A DNA stretch of 64,000 nucleotides from the human T2T-CHM13v2.0 reference genome, Homo sapiens: assembly GCF_009914755.1 (NCBI RefSeq), contig NC_060941.1, one strand, 5' to 3'. Under the pieces are notes generated by a model. The model was not told the origin of the DNA, did no database searches, and was given only the letters and a program-made list of their open reading frames with translations. Shown piece by piece: positions 24,957-40,469 of the stretch; within the stretch, counting starts at the first letter, position 1, and each line of letters begins with the position of its first letter. A program made the translations under genes and the position numbers.

Positions 24957-27317
24957 TCAGATGTTAAAACATACTCCCATCCCTCAACCTTGAGACTGAA
25001 AAATCAGCATAAAAAAGACTGGAATCTTATTAAGATTCAGAAGTACAAACACAAGCAGTTGTTTAAAAGATCTATGTAATCACATTTTCTATGTTGAAAG
25101 AAATTTTTCTATAAACATAGTAAGATAGGTAAAAAAAAAAAATCCTGCAAAACTATTTCTATATCCATAACAGGTGTGCCTTTCTTTACACAAAAGCATT
25201 CTTGAAAAACTGCGTAAATCAGATCCTGTTTTAAATGCCTTAAGGGAGCTATTTTATGAGGAACCCTGCAGTGAATCCTTTGGTAAGGCAAATAATCCTT
25301 TTGTAATGGGAATAATTTCTCCCAATGTATCTAGCTTTTTTTAAAACCCCATTTTCATATATCTGCTTTTCTTCAAAGGGGGCCATACCTATCTAAATAC
25401 ACTCACATTTGCATATTGATTTTAACAGCAATCCTCTCAGGGGATGTTTAACCCTAAAGTTCCCTGCAACAGTGTTAGTGCTCTACTGTTCATATTTTTA
25501 AAAATCATTATATTAATAGAAAACCCAGAGATTTCCAAACAGGAATAAAAAAAAATACTGCTCCCCCATCAGTCCCGTCCCTGTGTTTCCACGCAGACAT
25601 ATCCATATAAAAAAGGTCAGGGAACAGCACAGAATTCTCTGAATTCTTCTGGTAGAAATATGCCTCTGTAGTCTTCATTATTTTCCTTCCCTAATTTGCT
25701 CTCCCTATGTCTGGCAGGTCAGGATACGGGGATCTGGTCATTTGGGACCAAGACACATTCTGATGACAGCTTTCTCTTGGGTTCCCTCTAACTAAATGCC
25801 TGCCAGGTCCCTCTGGCCATACAGAATTGTGAAACACTGCTTCCTTGGGGGAGGCAAGCCCAGGTGCTTTTATAAATACAATCAGATTAAAGGATCAAAC
25901 TAAAATGACCCCTTTCTCTTCTCAGAAAATTTTGTCACTATTGCACTAAACTTCACCGAGCCAAATAGCTTCTGAATCAGTGTGAGGGGTAGGTTTTCAG
26001 CTACTGCTAACAAAAGAGAGGAGGCAAGATCCCATATCTACCTTCGTGATAGAAAGCCTCGTGTTATTTCTCATCAGCCTCCTTACCGCAAAGGACACAG
26101 TGGCCATAGTGTCAGTGAGGACACTCCAAGTTCAACAGGTGAGAGGTGAAAGACCACTCACTAAGGCATGCGTATCGGAACTTCTTTCTTTCCTAGTCTT
26201 AACTTTCCAGGCAAAGACATACTTTCTGCCTCAAACAAGCAACTCTGGCTCTTTTCAGCTTTCAGCCTCTCGAAGATGGACATAAGAGTTGGAAAAACAC
26301 AGCTCAGATACTTTGATCACCTCTGCCAGAAAAGCAGCTTAACCCTTAAGTCCCCTTAGCCCAGGGAACAGTCCTTTTCCTGTCATTCTGGCTGCTAGAG
26401 AAGGCTTGGGAGGAAGGCATTCCTGAAGATTTTTACAGAGAAGCGTATCCTCACCTGCCACCACAATGCTCCATATCTGCACCTGGGGCAACCTTGACCC
26501 TGAAGGCATGGTGGGTGTGGGCAGGCCTAGAAGGACCAGGCAAGGGCCAGCAGCAGTGCTCACTCAGTCCATGCTGCTGCTCCCTGTGGCAGGCAGTCAG
26601 GGCATGTTCTGTGTGGGCGCAGTGCGGTGCTGCATGGCAGGCTGCCCAGCTGCCTGGGAACAGGGCCACAACTAAGAACAAGTTCCCCTAAGCGGCTCCT
26701 TTGCCCAGGTGCTCTTCATTTTGAGAGAGAGGGACAGTGGGGAACTTACAATTGCTTCACACTTGGGCTGGACAGTTCTCTCTCCATCTAAATTGATTTG
26801 TCATTTCTCTCTGAACACAAGAGGAGGGGAAGGATCCAGGAGAGGACCTCAGGTCACAGCACTCAAGAGGCCAGGCTAGCAAGGCCGTCCCGCTCCACAG
26901 CCACTCTCCCTGCTCCTGGCCTTGTGAGGCAGTAGAAGGATGTCAGAGAGAGACAAAAAGGACTTGGAGGGCTGCGGCTCCATTTCCAGAGAAGAAATTT
27001 AATTTCCTTAAGGCAACCAAATGGTAGGAAGTAATTCTCCTCCTTGCAATGACTCTACCAAGCCCTGGTTCTGTGAATCAGGGTCAGAACTGATTCAGCA
27101 ATGCAAGACTCTGGGGCCTGGGCTTTGCTCACTTTTCTTTCTGAGGTAATTCTTCCCTTTACTTCTATTAGGAATCAGTGTAGGCACTATTTACATATTT
27201 TCTGTTATAATCACAGACCTGCAAACTAGTAATTCACCATCTTTCCACCCAAACTAACCATGTAAGATGACAAAAGGCCATTTAAAAAAATAAAAATTCT
27301 AGAAGAGATGAAGTTAG

Positions 27318-27665
<348 letters not shown>

Positions 27666-30509
27666 GTAATTATGTTTTTGAACACAGTCAATCAGTTGTG
27701 CGCTGGTTTGTCTAAGTGATCTGTGAGCACGCTCCCCAGTAAAGAGGCAGATTTGGGGAGAGAACGGCAACACAAGATAACATCCACTCCTACAGGCTTT
27801 CTCCTAAATCAGATTTTCTCTGTGGAAATGGCTTTAGATTACAAAAGGAAAGAATCCTTGTTTAATTTAGTTCGGGCTCAGTATTCAGTTGAGGAAAAAT
27901 CTGAAGAAATCCTGAGAAAAGGAGAACACAGAGAATGAGAATTCCATTCTGGACTCTGATGTACATTTATTTATTTTGTATCTTAGATGATTCACTTTTT
28001 TGGCCTCAATTTCCCAGTCTGAAAAATGAGACCATTTTCACCCACTTTGTGAAAAAGAATTTTGGTAGTTTGGTTCTAGGCAAACTAAAAGAGCCAGAAT
28101 CATTGTGAACCCCAAAGGAACTGGGTTCATAATATGTCCTGTTATATCTAGGCTGACCTGCTTTGTCGCAGAGACAGCTGCCCGTATAGGATATCCCTGA
28201 GAGACAGGACTATACTTCTGTTTCTTTCATATTTTCACATGTGGGACTGAGCCACAGAGAATACTGGATACCAAACATGGCCATCTGCTTTTTCTAATGA
28301 TTAAGACAGAAAGATAATGATGCAATGAAGTAAATGCATGCTCATCTGCTCCTCATATTAGCTAGGCAGAGGTGTGATCTCCACTTTATGGTTGGAAAAA
28401 AACTGATGTTCGGAGAAGTTAAATAATTTACAAGACTCGTAGTTCGTTATTCTTATTCCAAGTCCACTGCTCATGTTCCCAAGCTGCCCTAGGCCAGAGC
28501 CTGCTTCACATTTAGCAGACTAAGGGTCCTTTTTCAAGTGCCATTTTGGTCAAGGTTAAATAAATATGGTTTTCTCCAATGCGGATAGGAAATTGATAAT
28601 GAGATGATTTGTAACAAATGATTAAACGGCTATCACTTGGGAGTCTCCTCCCTCTCCCCTTCATGTGCTTCAAAAGTTAAAAGGTGCTGGTTGAAGGTGG
28701 GAGCGACATCACTTTCCTTGAAGAGAAAGAAGCTTTATCTCCACACCCCTCACCATCCAGTCCTTCTGCAAAAGGAGAAAGGATCCCTCTCCCTACCACC
28801 CAGTTACTCTGAAGGGATGATAACAGCCATTGGGGGGTTAAAAAGAGGCAGTGAACCCCCAGTTAATGAGTAGGAATTCAGCAGGCAGTGTAAGATAAAT
28901 GGAGCTCTCTCTGCTTCTGCTAGAGTCAGCATGAACTGCGGCCCTGCGGCTTGTTTGTGGCAAATGGAGTGCGCGAAATATCAAAGGGCAGTGATCCAGA
29001 AGAAGACCGACTTTGACAAATTTTAAATTGGCCAGAAAGAAAACCAGCAAAAAGAAAAAAAAAAGGGAAAAGAAAAAGGAAGAAAAAAAGGAAAAAGGAA
29101 AATGATGCAATTTGCTGTGTCCTGCAATTGCGGCATTGCTGCCTTTGTATGGAATTAGTGGTAAACACAGCGGCAACAATTGGGGGATGCTGGGAGCAAT
29201 TATGAGCCATCTAAGTGAGATGCTTATCAGTGGCTGAAGCTTTTAGAGCTCTCTCTATGAACAGTTGTAAGTAACTTGCTCTTGAGCTGCAGTTACTTTA
29301 ATTAAAGTGTACAGGGTTGGTCAGAAGTAATTATTCTGTTTGGAAAAGAAAGAGAAAAAACCCACCTCAATTCTGGGTGGCAATAGATTTTAGAAACAAC
29401 TCTCATTTCTTGTATGTGTGCATTCCCCATAAAAGGATCAGACTGTGGTGAGTTAGAGTTATTGGTGGCTGTTACCCAGTGGCAAACAATGGGACACAAA
29501 CAGGGTTTCTTGTAACCCAAGTCACCGTGTTTGGCAGGCAACCTGGCTCAGGGCTCCAAATGCCTGGATGTACAGTCTCCACAGTGTAGGCAAACGGGAT
29601 TTTTCTGTCTCTGGATGGTGGGGATATACAGTCCACAAATGGTACTTTATTAATTAAATTACCACTTGGAACATAAATGAGCTAGCATCTCTCTTCTCCA
29701 TTCACTGAGTTTCACTACCTTTTAAAGGCAATCTCTGTTCCTTTAGAAAAAAACAAAAACAAGACAAACCAACTGACAAAAGAACCTCGAGCAATTATCT
29801 TTACTAACATAGCAAGGGGCTCAATGGGAGACCTGGGCAGAAAATCAGTGTTTTAAAAGAATCTGAAACTCATTTAGACTCTGGACTCAACACAGGACTC
29901 CCATGGTTTAGTCCTATGTTCAAATTGCCAAGTGGCTTCCAAAAGCTCTGAAAACAAATGAGCAACAGAGCAATGGCTGGAAGCATTAAGCACGCCTGCT
30001 CTCAGGGCTATTCTGGCTGCAGCTACTGTTTGGAAGCACACAGTGCGCAATCTTTACTTCTATTTCTCTAGCTCAGGAAGACCCCGGAACACCACCTGGG
30101 TAAAGACTCCTGCTTTTCTATCCCATCTCTCAGAAATGAAGTGAGCTGTCCAAAGAAACAAGCAGAAACAGGACATATTTAAATCTAGCATATTCTCTGG
30201 TGAGGCCTGCCCCCAGCAGCAACTCTAGCTAATCATTCTCTACAAGGACATCTTAGAAAGACGGGCTTTTTGTACTCTAAGGAAATATCAGGAAAAAAAA
30301 TCAGGTGACTTTTGCTTTTTTAGGGCTCACTTTCCCTATTATACACACTATTTCATTCTACCAGGGTTCTTACCATATAGAGGACAGTAAATAAAGATTA
30401 TCATGAATTTGATCAAATGCTTCAGTGCCTCCTCCCCTGGCCTATGAATGCACTCATTACAAATCAGCTGAATGGCTCATTGATTTGCCAGAAGGACAAG
30501 CAGACATAC

Positions 30510-30622
30510 CCAATCGCTCAGCCAAGTGGATGTAGACTGGGTCCACCCGACGCATGGTTTTCACCAGATCCTTTCTGCGGAATTTGATTTCTACTGTCCC
30601 TTCTGGCTCCAGAACAGATCCC
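30510..30622 (-). CDS. ACACA: ACACA coding exon ([15 protein letters not shown]...HLAERL), 113 nt, phase 2/1
   Basis: tccag|G GGA, TTG G|gtatg; VLEPEG motif. Confidence 0.96.
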
Positions 30623-31027
30623 CTGGATCAGAAAGAAAGAAAAAACAAAACAGAAATAGAGGCACTTTAAAGGAAGGAGACAACAGAATGAGGCCAGTTA
30701 CAATTTGTAGACCAGGAAATAGCTTCATTATCATTTTGCCCACCTATGGTTAACAGACATCTCCCCGGGGAGAACAGTAGGCACCAGAGAAGTGTCTAAG
30801 TGAGGTATGAGAAAGGCCTGGCAAAAAGCAATTAAAATAATTCTCATTACCACACCAGTCGACTTCCATTTCAAAGGGAGAAGAATACAGATTCCACCAC
30901 CTACAGCTGATAAGAGTAACAGGAATCACATTATTTTCCAGGGGAAAAAAATGCTGTAGGCACAGTGACAGGGGAACCACCTCCATCACGTAGGATGTAC
31001 AATAATGAAGGGCAATACTTCATCAAT

Positions 31028-31028
31028 A

Positions 31029-31063
<35 letters not shown>
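31028..31063. repeat. (CTAT)n tetranucleotide microsatellite
   Basis: ctatctatctat... about 8-9 units. Confidence 0.9.
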
Positions 31064-31289
31064 CCTCACCTATACCACAGCTGTCAGTCTGCTTGTAGGA
31101 CACTGATCAGACACACTAAGCCAGGCCAAGTAGGAGGTAAAACATTCTGCCCAGCGCTATGGAAATGAGCAGAGTCAAAGGTCTCAGGGTTACTTTTAGT
31201 GCATACTAATGATGTTCAGTCCCCAGAAACTTTACCCCAAACATGTTTAAAAAAAAACCCACAGCTTTCTAGTTTAAAAAAATTATAGA

Positions 31290-31505
31290 TAATGTTTACT
31301 ATGTACATGGCACTGTTCTAATAACTTACATATAAATCCTTACAACAATCCTATGCCCAGTCTCCATCTACTATGTAGTAAGGTTCTGTGATTATTCCCA
31401 TTTTACAGGTGAGGAAACTACAGTTTAGTAAGTTATGAGACTCGTCCAAATATAACAAGAGGCAGAACTGGATTTGAAACCAGACAGTCTGATTCCAAAG
31501 TCTAT
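31290..31505 (-). mobile_element. MIR
   Basis: attattcccattttacaggtgaggaaact...ggatttgaaaccagacagtctg. Confidence 0.7.
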
Positions 31506-32066
31506 AGAGGAATTGTCTCTGATCTGATATCAGATGAGTTTAGGACTTAAAAAATAATAAACCCCTAAGTACAGAATGTAAATAATAAGCCTCTCAGCCT
31601 AGAGGTTTGACAGTGAAACTACTGGACTCTCCTAAGCAGCCTTTGACATAGAAGGCTGAATCTGGGGGGACAAGAGAGAAGCGGGCGGTCCACTAAAACG
31701 ACTGGAGGTAAGAATTTCCTTGGAAAATGTCAAAGAAACACGTTTTGAAGTTTACTTAGGAAAGAGGTGAGAACAGACTATGAAAGGATGCCAGATTAGA
31801 TCTGTTTTATTTAGGTAGTTTCAGGTACCACCTCCCAATAAGCCTGAGGTTCTCCCTTACAGTTTTTTTGGGTGCTACAAACACCATGGTCTTCAGCTTC
31901 CTGAAATGCTAGAGTGAGGACCTGGACTGTAATGGAAGGAAAAAGCTTTGGTTTGGAATCACAGGATGTGGGTGCTGTAGTGCCATGGCTGTAACATTCT
32001 CCAGGAGGAAACCAACAGCTACAGGGTCCCTAAAGGCAGTGAATGGAAATGTGGAAGGCACGCTAC

Positions 32067-32244
32067 CTGCTTTCTCGGTCAGCATACATCTCCATGTGCC
32101 GGGGGTTGATGGAGGAGTCAATCACCACCCAGGAGCCACCCCGCAGCTCAGCCTGGGGAGGAATGTAAACCAGCACAGGCTGGCAGCACTCCCTCAAGCC
32201 ATCCACAATGTAAGCACCAAACTTCAGCACTTGGTCGTACATAT
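32067..32244 (-). CDS. ACACA: ACACA coding exon ([16 protein letters not shown]...ELRGGSWVV...YADRES), 178 nt, phase 1/2
   Basis: ccatag|AT ATG, AGC AG|gtagcg; ELRGGSWVV motif. Confidence 0.96.
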
Positions 32245-32969
32245 CTATGGAGAATGAGACAAATTAGAAATCAAGAAATTTCTCTTCCTCAAAGCAGTAC
32301 TTTTAAACACTGTTCAGGACCTCTGGCCACGAAGAGCCTCCTTATACTATGCCTCCTGTTTGGCCACCCTATAGACTAAAGGGAGTATCGACCTGTATCC
32401 CATTCAAGACTCCAGAGGATCTTCAAAAGCACAAGACAGCAACAGAGAGATGCACTGTCTTTCACAAGATACAGTGTGTAAGTCTTCCAGATTGCCTTTC
32501 CATTTTATATCCTCTCTGAATTTCTGTACTCACGTTTCACCACATTAATTCACATTTGCTCTACAAACGTTGAGTATTTTTCATGTCAATATGTGCTCTC
32601 CCACTACAGTAAGTTTACTAAAGGAAGGAACTATTCTACCTCTTTTCAGTTATTCTCATGATGCTTAGCATAGGATGAGCTCTTCAAATGTGCACCTAAT
32701 GGAAATTGATCCTTTAAAAATTTTATCTTCAAAAACTATTTTTCATCTTGGTATCCCGATATCCCTGCCCAGTGCCTGAACATAGTTAGTGCTCAACAAA
32801 TATCTGCTGAATGAATGAATGCTGAATAAATTAGTTATATACTCTGGAAAGAATATAATGAGAAAGAAAGACAAATTCTTTAACAGTTGCATTTTTATAG
32901 GGTATCAATGAGAGAAAAATTTTAAAAATACTTAGGAAATACCACACAGCCACATGAGAAGAACAGACC

Positions 32970-33532
<563 letters not shown>

Positions 33533-34959
33533 GAGTACATTTTGTAATCCCTCCAAAGCCAGGAGCAGCCTGAAGAAAAGGACCCATGATGTACACATAA
33601 AGTGAGTCCCTGGAAAACTGGATCAGTTATTTATTTCCCAACTTTTTATGGACTTCCCATTTCCCAGCTCACTGAAGTCCATTGCTAAAGCTTTAGGTTT
33701 ATGAGTCCAGATGTTTAATGAGTACTTCAGTGGAGCCACAATGGATCCTTTCTAAATACCAAATAACAGGTTCAACTGAGATCAAACTTTCTTATCAAAG
33801 AGAGGATCTCAATTTGGAATAAATCAATTCTGGGAATCCAAGGCAAAGAAGCATTTTTCAGGAAGTTAAGAGCAAACCAAATAGAAATTGCTTTCATTGT
33901 AGTTACTGGCAAATTAAACTGCCACCTTCTCCAAAGTAAAAATGGCTTAATATACAAACTATCAGTGAGCACAGTTCACTGCAAGGCACATGCTCCACTG
34001 CCCCAACCTGGTGTGTCTGTGAAGACTTCAGAAATTCCAAGTTACCCCAGAAAACACCCCCTACTCTATGTGGAATGTGTATGATATGTACTCCATGTAT
34101 ATGATCAGAGTGAAGACATTTATTCCTTTGGGAGAAAAGCTAAGACCAAAAAAATTTACTGCTAATTACACAACTGCTGTATGAAGAGCAGGGAATAAAG
34201 GACTTTAAGTGCTTTACGCTAATTCTGTAGTTATGAAAATAATTGCTCAGTTCAAATTATTTTAACTAAATTAATTCTTTAGTGGATATTTCAACCAGTG
34301 CTACATAATAAAATAATTGTGTAATTAGCAGTACATTTTTCAGTGCTGCCAAGAGTACAGTCTCCGAACAAGTAACAGAAAAGTGTCCCTCAATGATATC
34401 ATACAAAGAGAGGAAATGAAAGGTATAGATAAAAGGAGAAAATAAAGCAATAAAAGACAGCACAAAAAGTCATTCTACCTGAAAAAGAAAAAAAAAGTTA
34501 GAGGTAAGTGAAGACAAAGTTTCCAGCTCTTTTACTCACTTCTTCTTGTTAAAGACTTAGCTACAACAAAATCTATCTCTGTATTATAATTAACAGATTG
34601 ACATCTCAAAAAGAAGGGGAGATTTTATTTAAAATGTATTTTCATTCATCTATTAAAAAAATACTAGATTTCATAGTATATGCAAACAGTTTCAAATGAA
34701 GATGAGTGTGTGTGTGTGATTTTTAATTTTATGAAATGGACGTGGGCTCCTTTTTGTCATCATCATGGCTAGCTTATTGTGTACCAGGGAACATGATTAT
34801 ATATACACACATATAAATCATTTAATCATCAGAACATTATCTTATTTATATATCCAAGTTGCAGGTGAGTAAACTGAGGCTTAAATAAGAGTGAGTGGTG
34901 GAGATAAGACTCAAATCTAGATCTTGTTGGCCCTAATGTCCACATTCTACTACTTCATT

Positions 34960-35267
34960 CTTTTTTTTTTTTGAGGTGGGGAGCGGGGCGCGCCAGGTTC
35001 TCACTCTGTCTCCCAAGCTGGAGTGCAGTGGCACGACCTCAGCTGACTGCAACCTCTGCCTCCTGGGTTCAGACGATCCTCCTCCATCAACACCCCAAGT
35101 AACTGAGACTACAGGTGCGTGCCACCATGCGCAGCTAATTTTTGTATTTTTTGTAGAGACGGGGTTTCACCACGTTGCCCAGACTGGTCTCGCTGAGCTC
35201 AAGCCATCCGCCCACCTCGGCCTTCCAAAATGTTGGGATTACAGGTGTAAGCCTCTGTGCCCAGCCT
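34960..35267 (-). mobile_element. Alu (J-type)
   Basis: TSD tctactacttcattctt. Confidence 0.92.
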
Positions 35268-37229
35268 CTACTACTTCATTCTTACTGCTAGGAGAGACAG
35301 CATGAGACTGGGGTACTCTGCTTTCCAACATCTAATATGATGAGTAAAATAAAACCAGAAAAAGAGACTTGAATACATGACTGAATATTCCCAACTGCTG
35401 CTGGATTTCCTCTGTGTTCAGAAATGTTCAAAACTATACTGATAACACTACCAGCCTGTGTGAGGCTTGGATCTGACTGCCAAACAAGTATTTTTCGGCC
35501 CCAAGACTGTGAGTAGGAAAGGAGCATCAGGGTTTGTTAAAGCTGACATGTTTGGGACTAATATATTGCCTCCATCTAACTTGGAACACCTATAGACCCA
35601 CAGCCCAACCATCAAAACACCCAAAAAGCAGGCTATTAAAATATAAACAAACACACAAATAAACTCTGTAATCGACATGCTCAGACTGAACTGCAGCTGC
35701 CCCAAACCACTTATTTTGAAAGGCAGGTTGAAACACTTGGCAACAATCTGACACACAATTGTCTGAAATCCCTTCGTATTTAAGAGACAGAGCAAAAGCA
35801 CAGCCAATAGCAGCAGGGGAGGGGCGATCCCCAAGGGTTTAGGTTAGAAATCAGTCTACAGAATTTTAAAGCTATGCACGTGCTGTCAATTCTCAGGCCC
35901 TGAGAAACGCAACTGGGAATGGAAAATACTGATAGGTTCCTCACTGGAGAGGCGGGAGCTTGGAGTTTTCTAGCATGCTGGGCAAAGCACATCTGCATGA
36001 ATGGTGACCACACACAACCTTTGCAGTGTGCTCTCAGCACCTAGGCACCAACCCTGCCTAGGGCTTTTATTGTTATAAACATGGATAAACCGTGGCAGCC
36101 ATGTGTATCAAACAAGGGAACAGGGTGGCAGAGTGTTTCCACAGTGTCCCACACTCTTGAAAATGAAACAGATCTTATTGGCTTGGGCAAGATTATCTGT
36201 TAGAAACTGAAGGTAAACATTAGCCATACACAAGCTACATATACATAATGTCTCTCCTTAGTTCATTATGATCGGCTGACACTGTATTTCAACATCCTAG
36301 TAATCAGAGACTTTAAAATAGACTTTCATTCCAGTTAAAGTTTTCAATAAATTTTTTTTATTGTTATTTATAACCTGTCCCAGGAAAAAATAATAAGTAT
36401 AACATGAAAAGCCAACTGAGAGTGACCCTGTAGCACCAGCAGTGAGGCAGCTTAATATCACTGGGATTTGCATCCTATCAAGCTATTCATGCTGAGGCTG
36501 GGACCCTGGTGCTAATTTCTAGTAAATTTCACGCTTGATGTCTCCCTGTTGTGGGTCATTGCCGGTTCGTCTAAATAAACTGCTTCCAAATGGCTCTTCC
36601 ATCTAAATATTCAGCCAGTTTTTATAATTTAATTTTGCATTATGCTGAATAGCCTTCCGGCCAGATAGAGCTCATTGAAAAAAAGCACCAATACCATCTT
36701 GACATGCTTTTATTTATTTATTTATATCTTTACTGCTCGAATTAGACCTCCTAGGCCGACTAGTAGAGTTTTTTTTTTTTCCCTTCACTAATGTCAATTT
36801 TCAGCATAGCAAGAGCTGTCTCTAATCTTTTCCTACTCATTACACACAATTTTGGAGTCATTTTACCCACAGTGCAGTCGGCTCCTGGCTGTGTGTTTGT
36901 GTGCACTGAGGGATGGCATAATTGTTTATTTTCCCTCCCTGCATAATCCCCAGCCAGTATTGAAACCAAAACTGCAAACATCTCCCCAAGGGATGTGAAG
37001 AATGACAAGAGGCCCTCAGTTTAGGTCCCTTTACATGAGATAATACAACACCCTGACCTGTATGTAAATATGAAAGGCACTGTTCCTCCCCCTCCTACCT
37101 TCACAGGGATCTCTATCTTCCCTAAGTCTTATTTGTCTTACGTGAGGTGTAAAAGGATGCATCAGCACCAAAATTAAGACAGAACTTGCCCTGGTCTATA
37201 TATCAGGCCAAAAACTCATTTCAGACCAA

Positions 37230-37420
37230 GGGCAGCAGGGAGAAAGGAATGGGTACTTATTGTTTAAGGGGTATAGAGTTTATGTTGAGGATGATGAAGT
37301 TTTGGGTGTAGATACCAGTGATAGTTACACAACACTGTGAATGTATTTAGTGCCACTGAATTGTACACTTACAAATAATTAAAGTGATAAATATTATGTA
37401 TATTTTACCACAATAAAAAA
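37230..37420 (+). mobile_element. L1MB-like 3' end
   Basis: gttacacaacactgtgaatgtatttagtgccactgaattgtacactt...tattttaccacaataaaaaa. Confidence 0.8.
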
Positions 37421-37619
37421 TGAACTCATTTCTGAGCTCTTGAAATTTCTTTTCACAATAACCAAGGACATCCCCAAAGTAGAGGGGAAGTAGGTGGATA
37501 ATAACTTTTTCAGGAACCTTGACATTCTGTTATAGGGATATTCTAGTAGATCTAGTTCTGGTTTTAGGCTCTAACTGTGTTACAGGGAGCTACATCACAT
37601 CAGCCAACTGTGTTACAGG

Positions 37620-37850
37620 AAGTCAGACAGATCCACCTTCCTTTCCCAACTCTGCCATTTTGTAGCTGAATGAGCTTGGGAAATTTACTTAACCTAATTT
37701 ACATAAATCTTAATTTATGTAAAATGTTCATAACAATATAACCTACCCCTTAGAGGTGCTTGTTGTGATGATTATGTAAGATAATACATGTAAAATTGTT
37801 AGCACAAGTTTCTGGTGAAAAGAGCTCAATGAATCTTAATTGTTGTTGTT
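37620..37850 (+). mobile_element. MIR
   Basis: gagcttgggaaatttacttaacc...gtaaaatg...gctcaatgaat. Confidence 0.65.
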
Positions 37851-38565
37851 CTTACTGTTACAGCGCGGCAGCCAATCTGGGCCTGAGCCAAAATATGTAG
37901 CAGAATTGAAGCTTTTCCTAGAAGTGGCACATTGGAAACTTTTGAACTCTGAACTCCCGTTAGGATAAAATATCCAGGGTGACACTCTGAAGTAATGTCA
38001 GGAAGAGTACATTCTCAGTGGGCCCCCCACAAAGAGATAAGTAAGGAGTAATAGCATAGCATTCTCTCCCAGGTCTCAACAAAAATATTAGAGCCAAGGA
38101 ATTTGGGATCAAGTGAAATCTAATGCTGAATGAACCTCATATATATGAATGAGGGGTTTTCAGGCCCCCCTTCCCTTTGATATACTACTACCATCTTCTT
38201 TTGAATATCCTGGTATTTTGTTTATACATTATGGCTTTATCATTTTGCTCAAGACATTTTTCTTGTCTCTGTGAAGCAATGTATTGTTTCTGACTTATTT
38301 TGACTTATTTTTGTTCTCTGAAGTGGCTAGCATAGTTCCTAACACACAGAACTCAATAAAAATGTGTAGGATTGACTTAACCGTATACTCTCAATTTCTC
38401 ATGGTATTTCCACTAATTTATTATCTCGGTCAAAAAATAATTCACCTTGATAATCTAAAAAATATATACAATCATTAATTTGGATATATAGTCCAAGTCT
38501 CCCCCAAGAAAAGTATAAAATGTGGTAGTTCTCCAGCAAATACAGGCAAAGGTAAACTTTTCAAC

Positions 38566-38568
<3 letters not shown>

Positions 38569-38620
<52 letters not shown>
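38569..38620. repeat. (CA)26 microsatellite
   Basis: Uninterrupted AC repeat. Confidence 0.95.
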
Positions 38621-38624
<4 letters not shown>

Positions 38625-38815
38625 AACCTAGTCAACATTTTGCCAAGGAGGCCTGGCCATACAGGGCTCTTCCTAGACGAGTAAGGAAAAATTGTCGGCA
38701 AAAATTTCAAATCCCTCTTGCCACATAACTGACCATCTGGTAGTTTCCCCAGGCATTTCCTCCCTCATAGGCTGGGGGTGCTTCTGCCCTAAGCTATTTT
38801 TAAGTGCCCTATTGA

Positions 38816-39543
<728 letters not shown>

Positions 39544-40333
39544 CTATCCTATTGCTTTAGAACCCCAAATTCTCCCCAAGACAGATGGAATTTATACTTA
39601 GCATACTCTCATACCCTCCAGGTATGCAGTCTCTGGCTTAGCATGGCCATGAATTATCTGGCCATGGGACAGAGGGCTTCACTACTGTAAGAGGTAGTGT
39701 TTCCTTTGGCTCTCCCTGTAGTGTCCACAGTCGCTCTACACATCAAGGTTTCTCCGTAAATGGTGATACTGGCTGCCTAATTACTTAGCAATTCCCATAG
39801 CATGGAGTAGAGCCTTTGTAATAATGGTCTAATATGCTGGAGCCACAGGCCCAGGGCTGTTGTTAGATAATAATATAACATAGCACAAATTGCCACTGGT
39901 ACTGAACAGCCTCTGGTACTGAATTTGTTCATTTTCTTCCAGTAAATGCTAATTTCAGTATCTGTCTTGGTCACTGTAGAACATTAGGAGTAACACCAAC
40001 AAAGTATATGCCCAGAAAAGAGGGACAGAGTCACAATCATATTTCCCCAGCACCATCAGAATGGTCCAGCATCCATCTGTGAGAGCGAGATCCACAACAG
40101 TAGGTCACCTCAATAACACTAGTAGTAGATTATTCTGAAATTCTGTATGGAATTATAAAATGTACTTTTTTCCATTCAAGTTGCAACTCAAAAGATGTCT
40201 CAGAGAGGGCAGAATCCCCAAAAAGCCTAGGCTATTAGGACACCCACAGATTCTGCTGAATCTATACCCTCCCTCTGCCGCAGAGTGCCCAGTAATCAGT
40301 GATGCCCCTCCAGCCCACAGGCAGCCCAGTCAC

Positions 40334-40469
40334 CTTTCATTCCACCAGAGAAGCCTCTCCAGTTGGCAAAGACCATCAGAGGCAGCCCTTCCCGGTTGAA
40401 GTCCTTGATGGCCTGATACGTCTTAAACGCAGAATCTGGGAACCAAACCTGGCCAGCCTGCTGGATTAT
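40334..40469 (-). CDS. ACACA: ACACA coding exon ([17 protein letters not shown]...[11 protein letters not shown]), 136 nt, phase 0/1
   Basis: aatag|ATA, AAA G|gtgac; conserved [10 protein letters not shown] and ANWRGFSGG motifs. Confidence 0.97.
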
